DNA of 64,000 nucleotides, taken from a virus. Shown one piece after another: positions 53,716-62,247 of this stretch. Under the pieces are notes generated by a model. The model was not told the origin of the DNA, did no database searches, and saw only the letters and a program-made list of their open reading frames with translations. The position numbers and the translations under genes were made by a program. The DNA is taken from positions 64,001-128,000 of IMG/VR virus record IMGVR_UViG_3300042090_002485; one strand, written 5' to 3'. The stretch's first letter is position 1. The number at the start of each line of letters is the position of its first letter.

Positions 53716-53926
53716 CGGGCGGGTATACGGTACCGTCGTCGACGTCGAAGGCGTTCGCCATCACGCGTCAGCCATGTCTCACGCGGTTTTCGGCGGGGAC
53801 ACGATCACCTCGTGCAACCGGTATCTCAGCCTGCCGCCGCAACCCGGCGGCACGGTGACGTGCGTACGCTGCATCGCACGCACGCTGATCCCTGTGAAGG
53901 GGGAGGACATCCTCCGTGGCGACTAG
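53648..53926 (+). CDS. Small D-x2-GV-x-H...VTC-x2-C protein, paralog D (start uncertain)
   Basis: VDVEGVRHH...TSC...VTCVRC; the nearest in-frame ATG overlaps the upstream gene by 68 nt. Confidence 0.5.
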   Translation: MAAKKRSTSSRTRPTSTTTPTSSGRVYGTVVDVEGVRHHASAMSHAVFGGDTITSCNRYLSLPPQPGGTVTCVRCIARTLIPVKGEDILRGD

Positions 53927-54194
53927 CAAGACCGACCCGGACGTCGCCTGGCGCGACGGCGATGCTGAGATCGGGATCGGTTGCGACGACCGCCCACGCA
54001 GCGAGATCATCCACTGGGTGCGTGCGATCGCTTACGGCACCTACGGCTGGTCGCTGAGCCTGGCCTGCGGGCCCGGCCAGGGCTACCGGAGCCGACTCGT
54101 TAAATGGCCGCAGTGGCTGACCCGCGCGCACGTCAACTGCGTGCAGTGCCTCGCAAGCGACCGCTTCGCGCGCTACGCCTACGCGACAAGTTGA
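53916..54194 (+). CDS. Small IIH...C...VNC-x2-C protein, divergent paralog E
   Basis: GGAGG RBS; IIHW...LAC...VNCVQC. Confidence 0.6.
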   Translation: MATSKTDPDVAWRDGDAEIGIGCDDRPRSEIIHWVRAIAYGTYGWSLSLACGPGQGYRSRLVKWPQWLTRAHVNCVQCLASDRFARYAYATS

Positions 54195-54219
54195 CGCGTT
54201 TTCACTAATCTTCTATGTT
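54191..54219 (+). promoter_or_regulatory. Host sigma-70-type promoter
   Basis: TTGACG (54191-96), 17 nt, TATGTT (54214-19); AAGGA RBS before ATG 54252. Confidence 0.65.
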
Positions 54220-54251
54220 GGTCTGACAAACATCACAAGCAAGGAACCACC

Positions 54252-55217
54252 ATGTCTCTCAAGCTCATCAAGCCGACCACCGACGCGCAGCTAACCACGC
54301 ACACGACGACCGATACCCTCGAGGTCACCCCAGACGTCGTGCGGAGCTGGGAACTGCCGCCTTTCCAGCGCGACCTCAAGGTCACCGACCGCCTCATTGA
54401 CATCGCCAAGGAGATCAAGGCGAACTCCGGCGTCATCCCGGGCGTCATCACGCTCGGCGTGCTCGAAAACATCCGTTACAAGGTCGACGGGCAGCATCGC
54501 CTCGAGGCGTTCCTGCAATCGGAGTGTCTCGTCGGGTACTGCGACGTCCGCATCCTGTACTTCAAGACGATGGCCGAGATGGCCGCCGAGTACTACCGGC
54601 TGAACTCGCGCATCGTCAACATGAAGCCGGACGACTATCTCAAGGCGCTCGAGAGCGAGAACACAGCGCTCGCGAAGCTTCGCAAGCGGTGCCCGTTCAT
54701 CGGCTACGGCATGATCCGTCGCAACGACAAGGGTCCGATCTTGTCGATGTCTGCGGTTCTCCGTGGCTGGAACCTGGCGTCCAAGGACACCCCGAGCGGT
54801 GGCGGCTGCGCGACGACGGACATCGCCAAGACGCTTAGCGTCGACGACGTGGACCAGCTCGGCGCGTTCTTGACCGCGGCGATCACTGCGTGGGGGCGCG
54901 ACCGCGAGTACATGCGCCTGTGGGGCGGGCTCAACCTGACCCTGTGTATGTGGCTCTACCGCCGCCTCGTGATCGAGCAATACTCGACCAAGACGCCGAA
55001 GCTCACCAACGAGCAGTTCGGCAAGTGTCTGATGGCGGTGTCGGCGGACTCGCTGTACCTGAACTACTTGCAGGGGCGCCAGCTCTCGCACGAACATCGC
55101 AGCCCGACGTACAACAAGCTCAAGCAGATCTTCGCAGGTCGGATCGAGGTTGACACGGGGAAGAAGCCGCAGCTTCCGCAGCCGTCGTGGACGTCGTCGA
55201 TGCGTGGTCACCGGTAG
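54252..55217 (+). CDS. DGQHR-motif ParB/Srx-superfamily protein (DndB-like fold)
   Basis: PPFQR...IPGVITLG...KVDGQHRLEA. Confidence 0.7.
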   Translation: MSLKLIKPTTDAQLTTHTTTDTLEVTPDVVRSWELPPFQRDLKVTDRLIDIAKEIKANSGVIPGVITLGVLENIRYKVDGQHRLEAFLQSECLVGYCDVRILYFKTMAEMAAEYYRLNSRIVNMKPDDYLKALESENTALAKLRKRCPFIGYGMIRRNDKGPILSMSAVLRGWNLASKDTPSGGGCATTDIAKTLSVDDVDQLGAFLTAAITAWGRDREYMRLWGGLNLTLCMWLYRRLVIEQYSTKTPKLTNEQFGKCLMAVSADSLYLNYLQGRQLSHEHRSPTYNKLKQIFAGRIEVDTGKKPQLPQPSWTSSMRGHR

Positions 55218-55241
55218 GCGAGGCGACGAACTCTGTCGCGC

Positions 55242-56018
55242 CTATTCGTGGCGCATTCGAAACGACTCGTATTGCTCGACCACGCGAGCGCGGAGCACCT
55301 CGAGCGTGGCGTCGTTCATGATGACGGCGTCGAACTCCGTGTCCGGGATGGTGTCCATCTCGGTTTCCGACTGGTGCTTGGCAAGTCCGGTCTGTCGGTT
55401 GTCGTACTCGGGACGACGCACGCGCCAGACCTCACCACCCGCTGCCTTGATCGCGGTCATCTCGCTCTTGAACCGGCAGTCGGTGATGGCGACGAAGAAG
55501 CAGCCCGGCGTGATCGTCGACGGCACGCTACCGTCAGTCGAGCCCAAGCCCATCGGCGTCATCAGACGCGTGATGGCCTTGAACGCGTGGCGCACCCACA
55601 CGTTTGCGTCGACCGCACGACCGAACTCGGTGCCAGCGAACTGGCAGATCTCGCGCCATTCCCAGAACGTCGAGAACGACTTGGTCTCGCCGAGCGCGTT
55701 GCATGACAGGCACTGGGTCTGACCGTCCCGCCCCGGCGACGCAACCTCGCACTTGATGGACTGGCACGCCGGACACTTGAGCAACGGGAAGCTCGTCTTC
55801 GACTTCTTGCCCTCCTCGGTGTAGAGCTGCTCATGTGTGGCGCCGAACAGGTCGGCGACCGCCATCTTGAGCTTGTCGGCGAAGGCGACGAGCCCGCCAC
55901 GCGGATCATGCGCAATGAGCATCTCGCCGACGGTGTCCTTGCCGCTCTTGCTCTTGCCCATGATGCCGATGACACGCTTCGGTTGCACGTCGTGGGTCTT
56001 TTCGGTGTTGCTGTTCAC
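55242..56018 (-). CDS. Deoxynucleoside monophosphate kinase with zinc-ribbon insertion (258 aa)
   Basis: GKSKSGKDT P-loop, FADKLK, REICQFAGTEFGR, VWV, ITDCRFKSE, HQSE; GGAGG before GTG 56018. Confidence 0.88.
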   Translation of the reverse strand: MNSNTEKTHDVQPKRVIGIMGKSKSGKDTVGEMLIAHDPRGGLVAFADKLKMAVADLFGATHEQLYTEEGKKSKTSFPLLKCPACQSIKCEVASPGRDGQTQCLSCNALGETKSFSTFWEWREICQFAGTEFGRAVDANVWVRHAFKAITRLMTPMGLGSTDGSVPSTITPGCFFVAITDCRFKSEMTAIKAAGGEVWRVRRPEYDNRQTGLAKHQSETEMDTIPDTEFDAVIMNDATLEVLRARVVEQYESFRMRHE

Positions 56019-56425
56019 AGAACCTCCAAGTCTTCGATGTACATGACGCGCGTGGGCCAGAACGGCTGCGCGCCGACTCTCATCCCGCAGTCGTCGTCGT
56101 AGAGGTCGACGAACTGACGGACCAGCGTGAGGTGTTCGTCGTCGATGCGCCAGGCTGGACGCGGCGAACCAGACCAGAAGGCGTCGTACTCCGCCCGCCC
56201 GCACGCTTCGCCATCAAACACGATCGCCCGGACCTGCGGGTTGGCAAGGATGTCGCGTACGACGTCCCGCACGAACTTCGCCGAGTCGCCAACGGCCGCG
56301 CAGGCGCGGCCTTTCCACCGCTCAAGGACGCCCGGCCAACGCGGGCTGAGCGGGCAGCTGACGACCAAAATCTGACCCTTAGGCTCGAGGGGCGTGTAGT
56401 CCACCTTCGAGACGGGTCTCCACAT
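56015..56425 (-). CDS. Hypothetical protein, possibly MtrA-like domain
   Basis: AAVG...VRDILANPQVRAIVFDG resembles the LANPNIR-type motif of MtrA-like domains. Confidence 0.45.
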   Translation of the reverse strand: MWRPVSKVDYTPLEPKGQILVVSCPLSPRWPGVLERWKGRACAAVGDSAKFVRDVVRDILANPQVRAIVFDGEACGRAEYDAFWSGSPRPAWRIDDEHLTLVRQFVDLYDDDCGMRVGAQPFWPTRVMYIEDLEVL

Positions 56426-56431
56426 CCCTAT

Positions 56432-56446
56432 GTTTTTGGCATAAGC
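56432..56446. promoter_or_regulatory. 15-bp operator-like motif between the divergent dNMP-kinase operon and GHKL ATPase
   Basis: GTTTTTGGCATAAGC; 13/15 identical to 10921-10935. Confidence 0.5.
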
Positions 56447-56466
56447 ATCCGAAGGAACGCAACCTC

Positions 56467-57741
56467 ATGGCTAAGATCTCGCTCACTATCGACAAGAACT
56501 ACGCCGCGGACTGGAAGGTCTTCGCCGGCATCCGCGAGCTGTTGGCGAACGCCAAGGACGCCGACGAGGACGGGTTCAAGATGACCGTCCAGCACTTCCC
56601 CAAGACCGATCGCCTCGAGATCACCAGCGCAGGCATCTACGTCGACCCCGCCAAGCTCCTGATCTTGGGCAAGTCGGACAAGGGTGATGGGCGCCACCGC
56701 GGGCGGTTCGGTGAAGGCTTCATCATCGGAACCTTGGCGCTCGAGCGCGAAGGCTTGCCGGTGAGCTTCCGCAACGGTGATGCATCGTGGACCATCTCAT
56801 TCGAGGAGCCTGACGCAGGCCATCCGCTAGCAGGAAACTCGCTGATGACCTTCCGTTCGCGCAAGCTGTCGGTGCGGGAGGCCGACTTCGTCGTCACGGT
56901 CGGCAACATGCCCACCATCGTCTGGGACACGCTCAAGAAGCTGTTCTTGTTCATCGAGGAACCACCAGTGGACAGCGTGATCAGGGTTGACGGCTGCCGC
57001 GTACTACTCGAGGAGGAACGCAAGGGTCAGGTGTTTTCGCGCGGCGTGTTCGTGCGCAAGTTCGACGACTTGACGTGCGGCTACGACCTCGACAACCTGC
57101 CACTCGACCGCGATCGCCGGTTCGTCGACGAATGGGACCTGCACCACAAGCTCGGCGCCGCTTGGAAAACGGCCTGCGATGCCAATCCCGAGTTCGCTGC
57201 GCCCCGCATCTACAACATGGCGAAGACCGGCGGCGCTGAGGCGCAGCACTTCAAGTGGCACGCCGACGAAAAGCTGCTCAAGAACGTGCGTGAGCGGTTC
57301 ACCGGGGAGCACGGCAACGATGCTGTGCCGGTGGCAACGATGACCCAGGCCCGCGAGGTCGAGGCCGTCGGTGGCAAGCCGGCGATGGTCAGTGAGGTGC
57401 TGCGCGAGCTGCTCGAGAAAAGCGGGCTGTCTGCTGAGGGAGCGAAGAAAGCACTCGAAGGTCAGGTTGAGCAGCGGCATCTACCCTCGGACCTGACGGA
57501 CGTGGAGCGTGTCGTCGTCGATCACCTCGGCAACGTCGTCAAAGACATCGCCGTCGTGACGTTCAAGGGCGAGAAGGCGGCGTGCCGGTTGATCGACGGC
57601 GACAAGGTGGTCGGTGTCGACCGTAGAGCATTGCTCGGGTCCTACAAGACCCTGCTTCGCCAGGTGGTCGCAGCCGAGGCCAAGCGGCGCTCGGTCGAGC
57701 CGTTCGACCTGCTGTTGGAACACCTAGCCCAGCCGCTATAG
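56467..57741 (+). CDS. GHKL (HATPase-fold) ATPase protein
   Basis: IRELLANAKDA (N box), LGKSDK, GRFGEGF (G2 box). Confidence 0.75.
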   Translation: MAKISLTIDKNYAADWKVFAGIRELLANAKDADEDGFKMTVQHFPKTDRLEITSAGIYVDPAKLLILGKSDKGDGRHRGRFGEGFIIGTLALEREGLPVSFRNGDASWTISFEEPDAGHPLAGNSLMTFRSRKLSVREADFVVTVGNMPTIVWDTLKKLFLFIEEPPVDSVIRVDGCRVLLEEERKGQVFSRGVFVRKFDDLTCGYDLDNLPLDRDRRFVDEWDLHHKLGAAWKTACDANPEFAAPRIYNMAKTGGAEAQHFKWHADEKLLKNVRERFTGEHGNDAVPVATMTQAREVEAVGGKPAMVSEVLRELLEKSGLSAEGAKKALEGQVEQRHLPSDLTDVERVVVDHLGNVVKDIAVVTFKGEKAACRLIDGDKVVGVDRRALLGSYKTLLRQVVAAEAKRRSVEPFDLLLEHLAQPL

Positions 57742-57755
57742 GCTGAGACGCAACA

Positions 57756-58127
57756 ATGCCCCGACGTCCTGAACTTGCCTGCCACCGCTGCGGCAACGAG
57801 GAAGACCTAGGACCTTGGCAAGACGGGTACTGGTACTGTCGCCCGTGCATGACGTGTCCGCACGTGCACTGGTGCAGCAGCGTGGCCGATGTATGCCTGA
57901 CCTGCGTGCGCGAGCTGCACACGGTGGTAGCCCCGTCTGGCCCGCGCATCACGGACCTGGAGACCTACGTGATCTGCGCGAGAGACGAGTACGACGTCGA
58001 CATCCACGAACTCAGGCTGTGGAGCTACGAAGAGGAAGGAGAGCTGCAGCGGCACGCGATGGTGTTGCTGATGTGTCCGCGAGTCATACAGGACCGCCCG
58101 GCCCCGCCACATCACCGGCTGGACTGA
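57756..58127 (+). CDS. Cys-rich hypothetical protein (123 aa)
   Basis: CHRC, CRPC, CMTC, CLTC pairs. Confidence 0.55.
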   Translation: MPRRPELACHRCGNEEDLGPWQDGYWYCRPCMTCPHVHWCSSVADVCLTCVRELHTVVAPSGPRITDLETYVICARDEYDVDIHELRLWSYEEEGELQRHAMVLLMCPRVIQDRPAPPHHRLD

Positions 58128-59502
58128 CCGCCGCGCGCGCCTGGATGGTCTGCATCCCGCGCCGCACGGTCCAATCGTCATCGTCGGTGTCGGCGTGCAG
58201 TGCGATGTCCGGGTAGCGGCCACGGAACCATTCAGCCATCCGCAGCATCTTCTTGCGCAACGTCGGATGCACCGTCTTGCTGGTGCGCAGCTCGAGCACG
58301 TAGAGTAGCGCCGGCAGCGCGTACGTCAGATCGCACTGAACACGGAACCCGATGGGCACATAGTACTGCCGGAGCACTGGGTTGTTCGTGATCGCGTCGA
58401 GGCGGTTCTTCAGGCCGTAGACCAGATGGGTCGCCTCGGTGCGCAGACTGTCGTCGAGCTGCTCGAGGTACCAAGACTCGAACCCGTGCTCGGTCGTCAG
58501 CAGCGGCATCCGACACACGCCATTGCGCTGGCGCTGGATATCGCGGAACGAACCGAAATCGAGCATGAAGCTGAACCGCATCTGGCCGAAGTCGGTCATC
58601 CAGTGCGGCAGCACGCAGCCACGCGGACGCGTCGCGAGTACGCGTCCCCACGCCGCTGCGTCGAGCGAAAGCGTGCCGGTCGCGTGCAAGTCCAGGTACG
58701 TTTGCGGTCGGTCGACCTCGCGCGGGTACGCAAACGCCTCGGCGGTCGACGCCTCCCATGCAGCGCGCTCGGCCGCCCCGTCGCTCAGCGCGATGCCACT
58801 GACGCCCGCTCCGCCCTTGCCGAACCCGCTCGACGGGTAGCACGCGGCGAGGATGGTCTCGAGCCCTGCGGCGACCTCGGCGATCTCGGCTGACGGGTGC
58901 CGCGCGAGCCGCTGCAGATGGTCCCCTGCCTGGCGCAGGTTCGTGTGCCAGCTCAGCTGTGTCGAGATCCCCGCCGGCAGGAACCCGCGCATGATGTCGA
59001 ACGAGCGCGCAGCCACTGCGCGCTGGTAGGCGGCGTCGTTCTCTCCTTCACGCTTGGGGTGGCGCTCGGCGACGAGTCCGCGCACATGCTCCAGGTTGTT
59101 GGAGTAGAAGCGCATCAAGTCGGCGTGGATGGCGGCGGACTCCGTGCTGCCGATCGGATCGATGATGGCGCGTTTCGACATGTCGAGGTAACGCGTTGAC
59201 GTCTCCTGGCCGCTGTAGAGCGGATTATCCTGGACCGCCTTCGCCGCGAGCAGGCTGACACCCTCGATGAACGTCGTCGTGCTGCCGCAGTCGCCGATGC
59301 TCTTGTGGCCGTAGCCGACGTAGTGGCTCGCCATGAACTTACCCGAGCCCTGCGCCTTCACCTTCTCCAGGTGAATGGTGACGCTGTCGCCGCTGCGGCT
59401 GTAGAGCGCCTGCAGCATGGCTGCGTCCTCGGGGTGGAGGCCGTCCACCGCATACAAATTCGCGCCGCTCTTCGTCGTCCGCTCTTCAATCGTTGTTGTC
59501 AC
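58084..59502 (-). CDS. thyX: ThyX-like flavin-dependent thymidylate synthase, tandem-domain type (472 aa)
   Basis: GYGHKSIGD, GQETSTRY, RSFDIMRGFLPA, DFGSFRDIQRQR; GAGGAG RBS before GTG 59502. Confidence 0.75.
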   Translation of the reverse strand: MTTTIEERTTKSGANLYAVDGLHPEDAAMLQALYSRSGDSVTIHLEKVKAQGSGKFMASHYVGYGHKSIGDCGSTTTFIEGVSLLAAKAVQDNPLYSGQETSTRYLDMSKRAIIDPIGSTESAAIHADLMRFYSNNLEHVRGLVAERHPKREGENDAAYQRAVAARSFDIMRGFLPAGISTQLSWHTNLRQAGDHLQRLARHPSAEIAEVAAGLETILAACYPSSGFGKGGAGVSGIALSDGAAERAAWEASTAEAFAYPREVDRPQTYLDLHATGTLSLDAAAWGRVLATRPRGCVLPHWMTDFGQMRFSFMLDFGSFRDIQRQRNGVCRMPLLTTEHGFESWYLEQLDDSLRTEATHLVYGLKNRLDAITNNPVLRQYYVPIGFRVQCDLTYALPALLYVLELRTSKTVHPTLRKKMLRMAEWFRGRYPDIALHADTDDDDWTVRRGMQTIQARAAVSPAGDVAGPGGPV

Positions 59503-59526
59503 GCGCTCCTCCTGGAGGTTTATGGT

Positions 59527-60108
59527 ATGAGCAAGCAACCTATGCTCCCCGAAGACGTCGAGCAAGCCGTTCTTGCGGCGAAGTGGGGAGATGCCGAAGC
59601 CGACGCCACCGAGGCGATCGCCAAGATGCTCGACGCGCCGCGCGAGCTGGTCGTGCGGGTGCACGCGGCCTACGCAATCGCGGCGAACCTGCGCATGACC
59701 CTCGTCGAGCCCGCCGACGAGGAGGTTCCCGAGGATGTACAGAACGCCATGGCTGCGCACCTTCGGCGCGCACTCACCCGTGTGCGGGTACGCCAGGCCA
59801 TTCGCGATGGCGACGTCGTGTGGATCTCCGTCAACAAGCTGATCAAGAACCCCGCGCACGTGTGTCGTGGATGCGTACACTCGGTGCGATGCATCGCCGA
59901 GTTGTTGTCGACGGCCGAGAAGTGCTTCGCGCAAGGGCCGCCGCACGTGATCGAGGAACACCCCGTCGTAGGGCTACGACTCGTACGCCCCGGGAAGGCG
60001 AGCGTCGCTGCGGCCCCTGTGAAGATCCGCGGTGACACGGTCACGGTTACCTGCCTCCACCCCGTGGGCACCTACACCATCGACGTCGGAGACATCCACT
60101 CGTCATGA
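59527..60108 (+). CDS. Hypothetical protein with C-x2-C-x2-SV-x-C motif (193 aa)
   Basis: GGAGG RBS; CRGCVHSVRC. Confidence 0.7.
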   Translation: MSKQPMLPEDVEQAVLAAKWGDAEADATEAIAKMLDAPRELVVRVHAAYAIAANLRMTLVEPADEEVPEDVQNAMAAHLRRALTRVRVRQAIRDGDVVWISVNKLIKNPAHVCRGCVHSVRCIAELLSTAEKCFAQGPPHVIEEHPVVGLRLVRPGKASVAAAPVKIRGDTVTVTCLHPVGTYTIDVGDIHSS

Positions 60109-60557
60109 ACAAGCTCGGTTGGCTCATCCAAGAAGCCCTCGCTGCCCGCGTCCAGGACGTCGAGGCGTCGGCCGTCAACTGCGGCACCTGTCCGGTCAGC
60201 GTTCACTGCATGGCCAAGGCCACGGTGACGCAGGCGTGGGAGTACGCCTGCTGCAAGTCGCTCGTGCTCGAGCACGAGACCCTCGACGGCATGGGCATCT
60301 TCCTCATCCTCGACTGCGCGCGGCGCGACTTCGTGGTGCAGGCTACCCGCAAGCACCACAAGTGCACACTATGCTCGAGCGGCGCGCTCAATAGCGAACT
60401 GCGCGGCTGGACCGCCCAGCACCGCTGGCTGCCGACGGTCTACGCCGACCCATTACCACGAATACGTCTCGCGGCGTGGCGCACTGCTCTGCCGTCCATT
60501 CGCGAACGCATCAAGCGTGACGCGGAGATCAAAGCTCGTGGTAGCGTGAAACCGTGA
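60105..60557 (+). CDS. Cys-rich hypothetical protein with C-x2-C-x2-SV-x-C motif (150 aa)
   Basis: ATGA overlap; CGTCPVSVHC, CCK, CTLC. Confidence 0.7.
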   Translation: MNKLGWLIQEALAARVQDVEASAVNCGTCPVSVHCMAKATVTQAWEYACCKSLVLEHETLDGMGIFLILDCARRDFVVQATRKHHKCTLCSSGALNSELRGWTAQHRWLPTVYADPLPRIRLAAWRTALPSIRERIKRDAEIKARGSVKP

Positions 60558-60808
60558 CCTACCTCGAGTGGTACGTGGAACAGCTGAACGCGCAGCTCGA
60601 GGTCGGCGGTACTGAAGCTGAAGTCGAGCACGCGGTCACCGAGTTCAACAAACCCACGCGCGGTGGCTTCGAGAAGTACGCCGCCGACAAGGCCTTCAAC
60701 TGTGCGACCTGTGGCGACCTCCTCATCGCCGCTAGTCCCCTTCCCCCTCTAGACCAGGAGATCGCGTGCCCGAAGTGCGCACCACTGACGACGGCCAAGT
60801 CGTCGTGA
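60554..60808 (+). CDS. Small zinc-ribbon protein (84 aa)
   Basis: CATC...CPKC; GTGA overlap. Confidence 0.65.
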   Translation: MTYLEWYVEQLNAQLEVGGTEAEVEHAVTEFNKPTRGGFEKYAADKAFNCATCGDLLIAASPLPPLDQEIACPKCAPLTTAKSS

Positions 60809-60960
60809 AGACCAAGTCCAACGTTCTGCCGTTCCCGTCTCTGCAGCGCGCGCCCGCCGACGCGCCGCCCCCGCTGCCATTCGTCTTCGCCCTCATCGGC
60901 GTCGCGAGCGTCGTCGCCGGCGCATTGCTGGCGTGGTTGATGGTTCGAGCCTGGCTGTAG
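60805..60960 (+). CDS. Small single-pass membrane protein (51 aa)
   Basis: FVFALIGVASVVAGALLAWLMV; GTGA overlap. Confidence 0.55.
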   Translation: MKTKSNVLPFPSLQRAPADAPPPLPFVFALIGVASVVAGALLAWLMVRAWL

Positions 60961-60965
60961 CTGCC

Positions 60966-61721
60966 ATGGGCGGACTCCAGGTCAACGTCCACGTCGACGC
61001 GCGCGCCGCAATCACCGCGGGCAAGACACGCGTGGGTTCGCAGGGCTTCACCGTGTCCGAGGAGGAACTCGCGGTGCTGCCTCTTGCGGAGCGCCTCGAG
61101 CTGGCCCTGGCTTACGAGGCTAACGAGGTGATCGGGACGACACCCGGAGAACCCGTCATCGTCGAGCCGACGCTCGAAGCTGTCAAGCCCGTCTTGGCTC
61201 GCCGTGCAGCGAAGCGCGCCGAGGTCGAGGCCGAGCGCGCCCGCGTGGAGGTCCGCCAGAAGGAAGAAGCGGCCGTGACCGCCCGGACAGCGACCGACCG
61301 CAACAACGCTCGCTCTCGCGCGCTGCGTGCGTGGGTCGACAAGCATGGTGACGACAACCAGAAGGCTCGGATGGCCGAGGGCTTCCTTCCCGAGGCGGAG
61401 ATCCTCGAAGACGTCTGCGACGAGCTGCTCGAGCTGACGGGTTTCTCCGCCTACGACCCGCTCAATCGTGGCCACGCATGCGAGTGCGCGTGCGCCGGCG
61501 ACGTTGTGATGTCCGTGCGAGCGCCGCAGTACCTCGACGACCGCCAGTTCTCTCGACTCCAGGCCGCGCGCGAGGATGCCCCCGAGGGCGCCGTCGTGAC
61601 GGTGCATGAACACAAGGCTGCCTGCCCGAGCTGCCCCTGCGTACCCATCGCGCGCCTCGAAGTGCGCCTGACGATGGAATGGCACGGCTTCGAGCTGGTG
61701 CGGCAATACAAGCTGGACTAG
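60966..61721 (+). CDS. Hypothetical protein (251 aa), coiled segment plus Cys cluster
   Basis: CECAC and CPSCPC motifs; genome-typical codons. Confidence 0.7.
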   Translation: MGGLQVNVHVDARAAITAGKTRVGSQGFTVSEEELAVLPLAERLELALAYEANEVIGTTPGEPVIVEPTLEAVKPVLARRAAKRAEVEAERARVEVRQKEEAAVTARTATDRNNARSRALRAWVDKHGDDNQKARMAEGFLPEAEILEDVCDELLELTGFSAYDPLNRGHACECACAGDVVMSVRAPQYLDDRQFSRLQAAREDAPEGAVVTVHEHKAACPSCPCVPIARLEVRLTMEWHGFELVRQYKLD

Positions 61722-61746
61722 CGCCAGCACAAAGAAAGGCTCGGCA

Positions 61747-62247
61747 TTGCCGAAGCAACCATGGACCGTCATCGCCACGTACGACGAGGACGGTACGCAG
61801 TTCTATGCCGTGGTCGAGGCCAGAGGCGCTGCTGAAGCGCTTCGCCAGGCCAAGCTCAAAGCGGACGGTATCGTCCTCTGGAGCGCGGCGGCGATCTTTG
61901 AGGGCAAAGTCAAGCCTGTCGACCTGAGCAACATCGCTGATGTCGTGCCGCTACGCGGGCACGGCCACGAAATCGAGGTGACGCTCATCCGTGTTGCCCG
62001 TCGCAGAGTGGTGATCCCGGCGCGTTGTCCCAAGTGCAGGCGCGACTTGTCGCGAGCGCGCTCGATGATCGAGACCTACTTCACCGAGAACAGCTGGGCG
62101 GTGCACCTTGCGCACGACGGTAAGTCCGTCGAACACGACCGCGATGGCGGCACGCGCGGCGCAGCAAGCCCGGCGCACGAGCTGGTTCAGTTGGCGTGCA
62201 GCAGCTGCAGCAAGCTCATCTGGGAGGGCAAGCATGTCGAAGCGTAA
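61747..62247 (+). CDS. Hypothetical protein with C-terminal zinc ribbon (166 aa)
   Basis: CPKC...CSSC; TTG start after GAAAGG. Confidence 0.6.
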   Translation: MPKQPWTVIATYDEDGTQFYAVVEARGAAEALRQAKLKADGIVLWSAAAIFEGKVKPVDLSNIADVVPLRGHGHEIEVTLIRVARRRVVIPARCPKCRRDLSRARSMIETYFTENSWAVHLAHDGKSVEHDRDGGTRGAASPAHELVQLACSSCSKLIWEGKHVEA

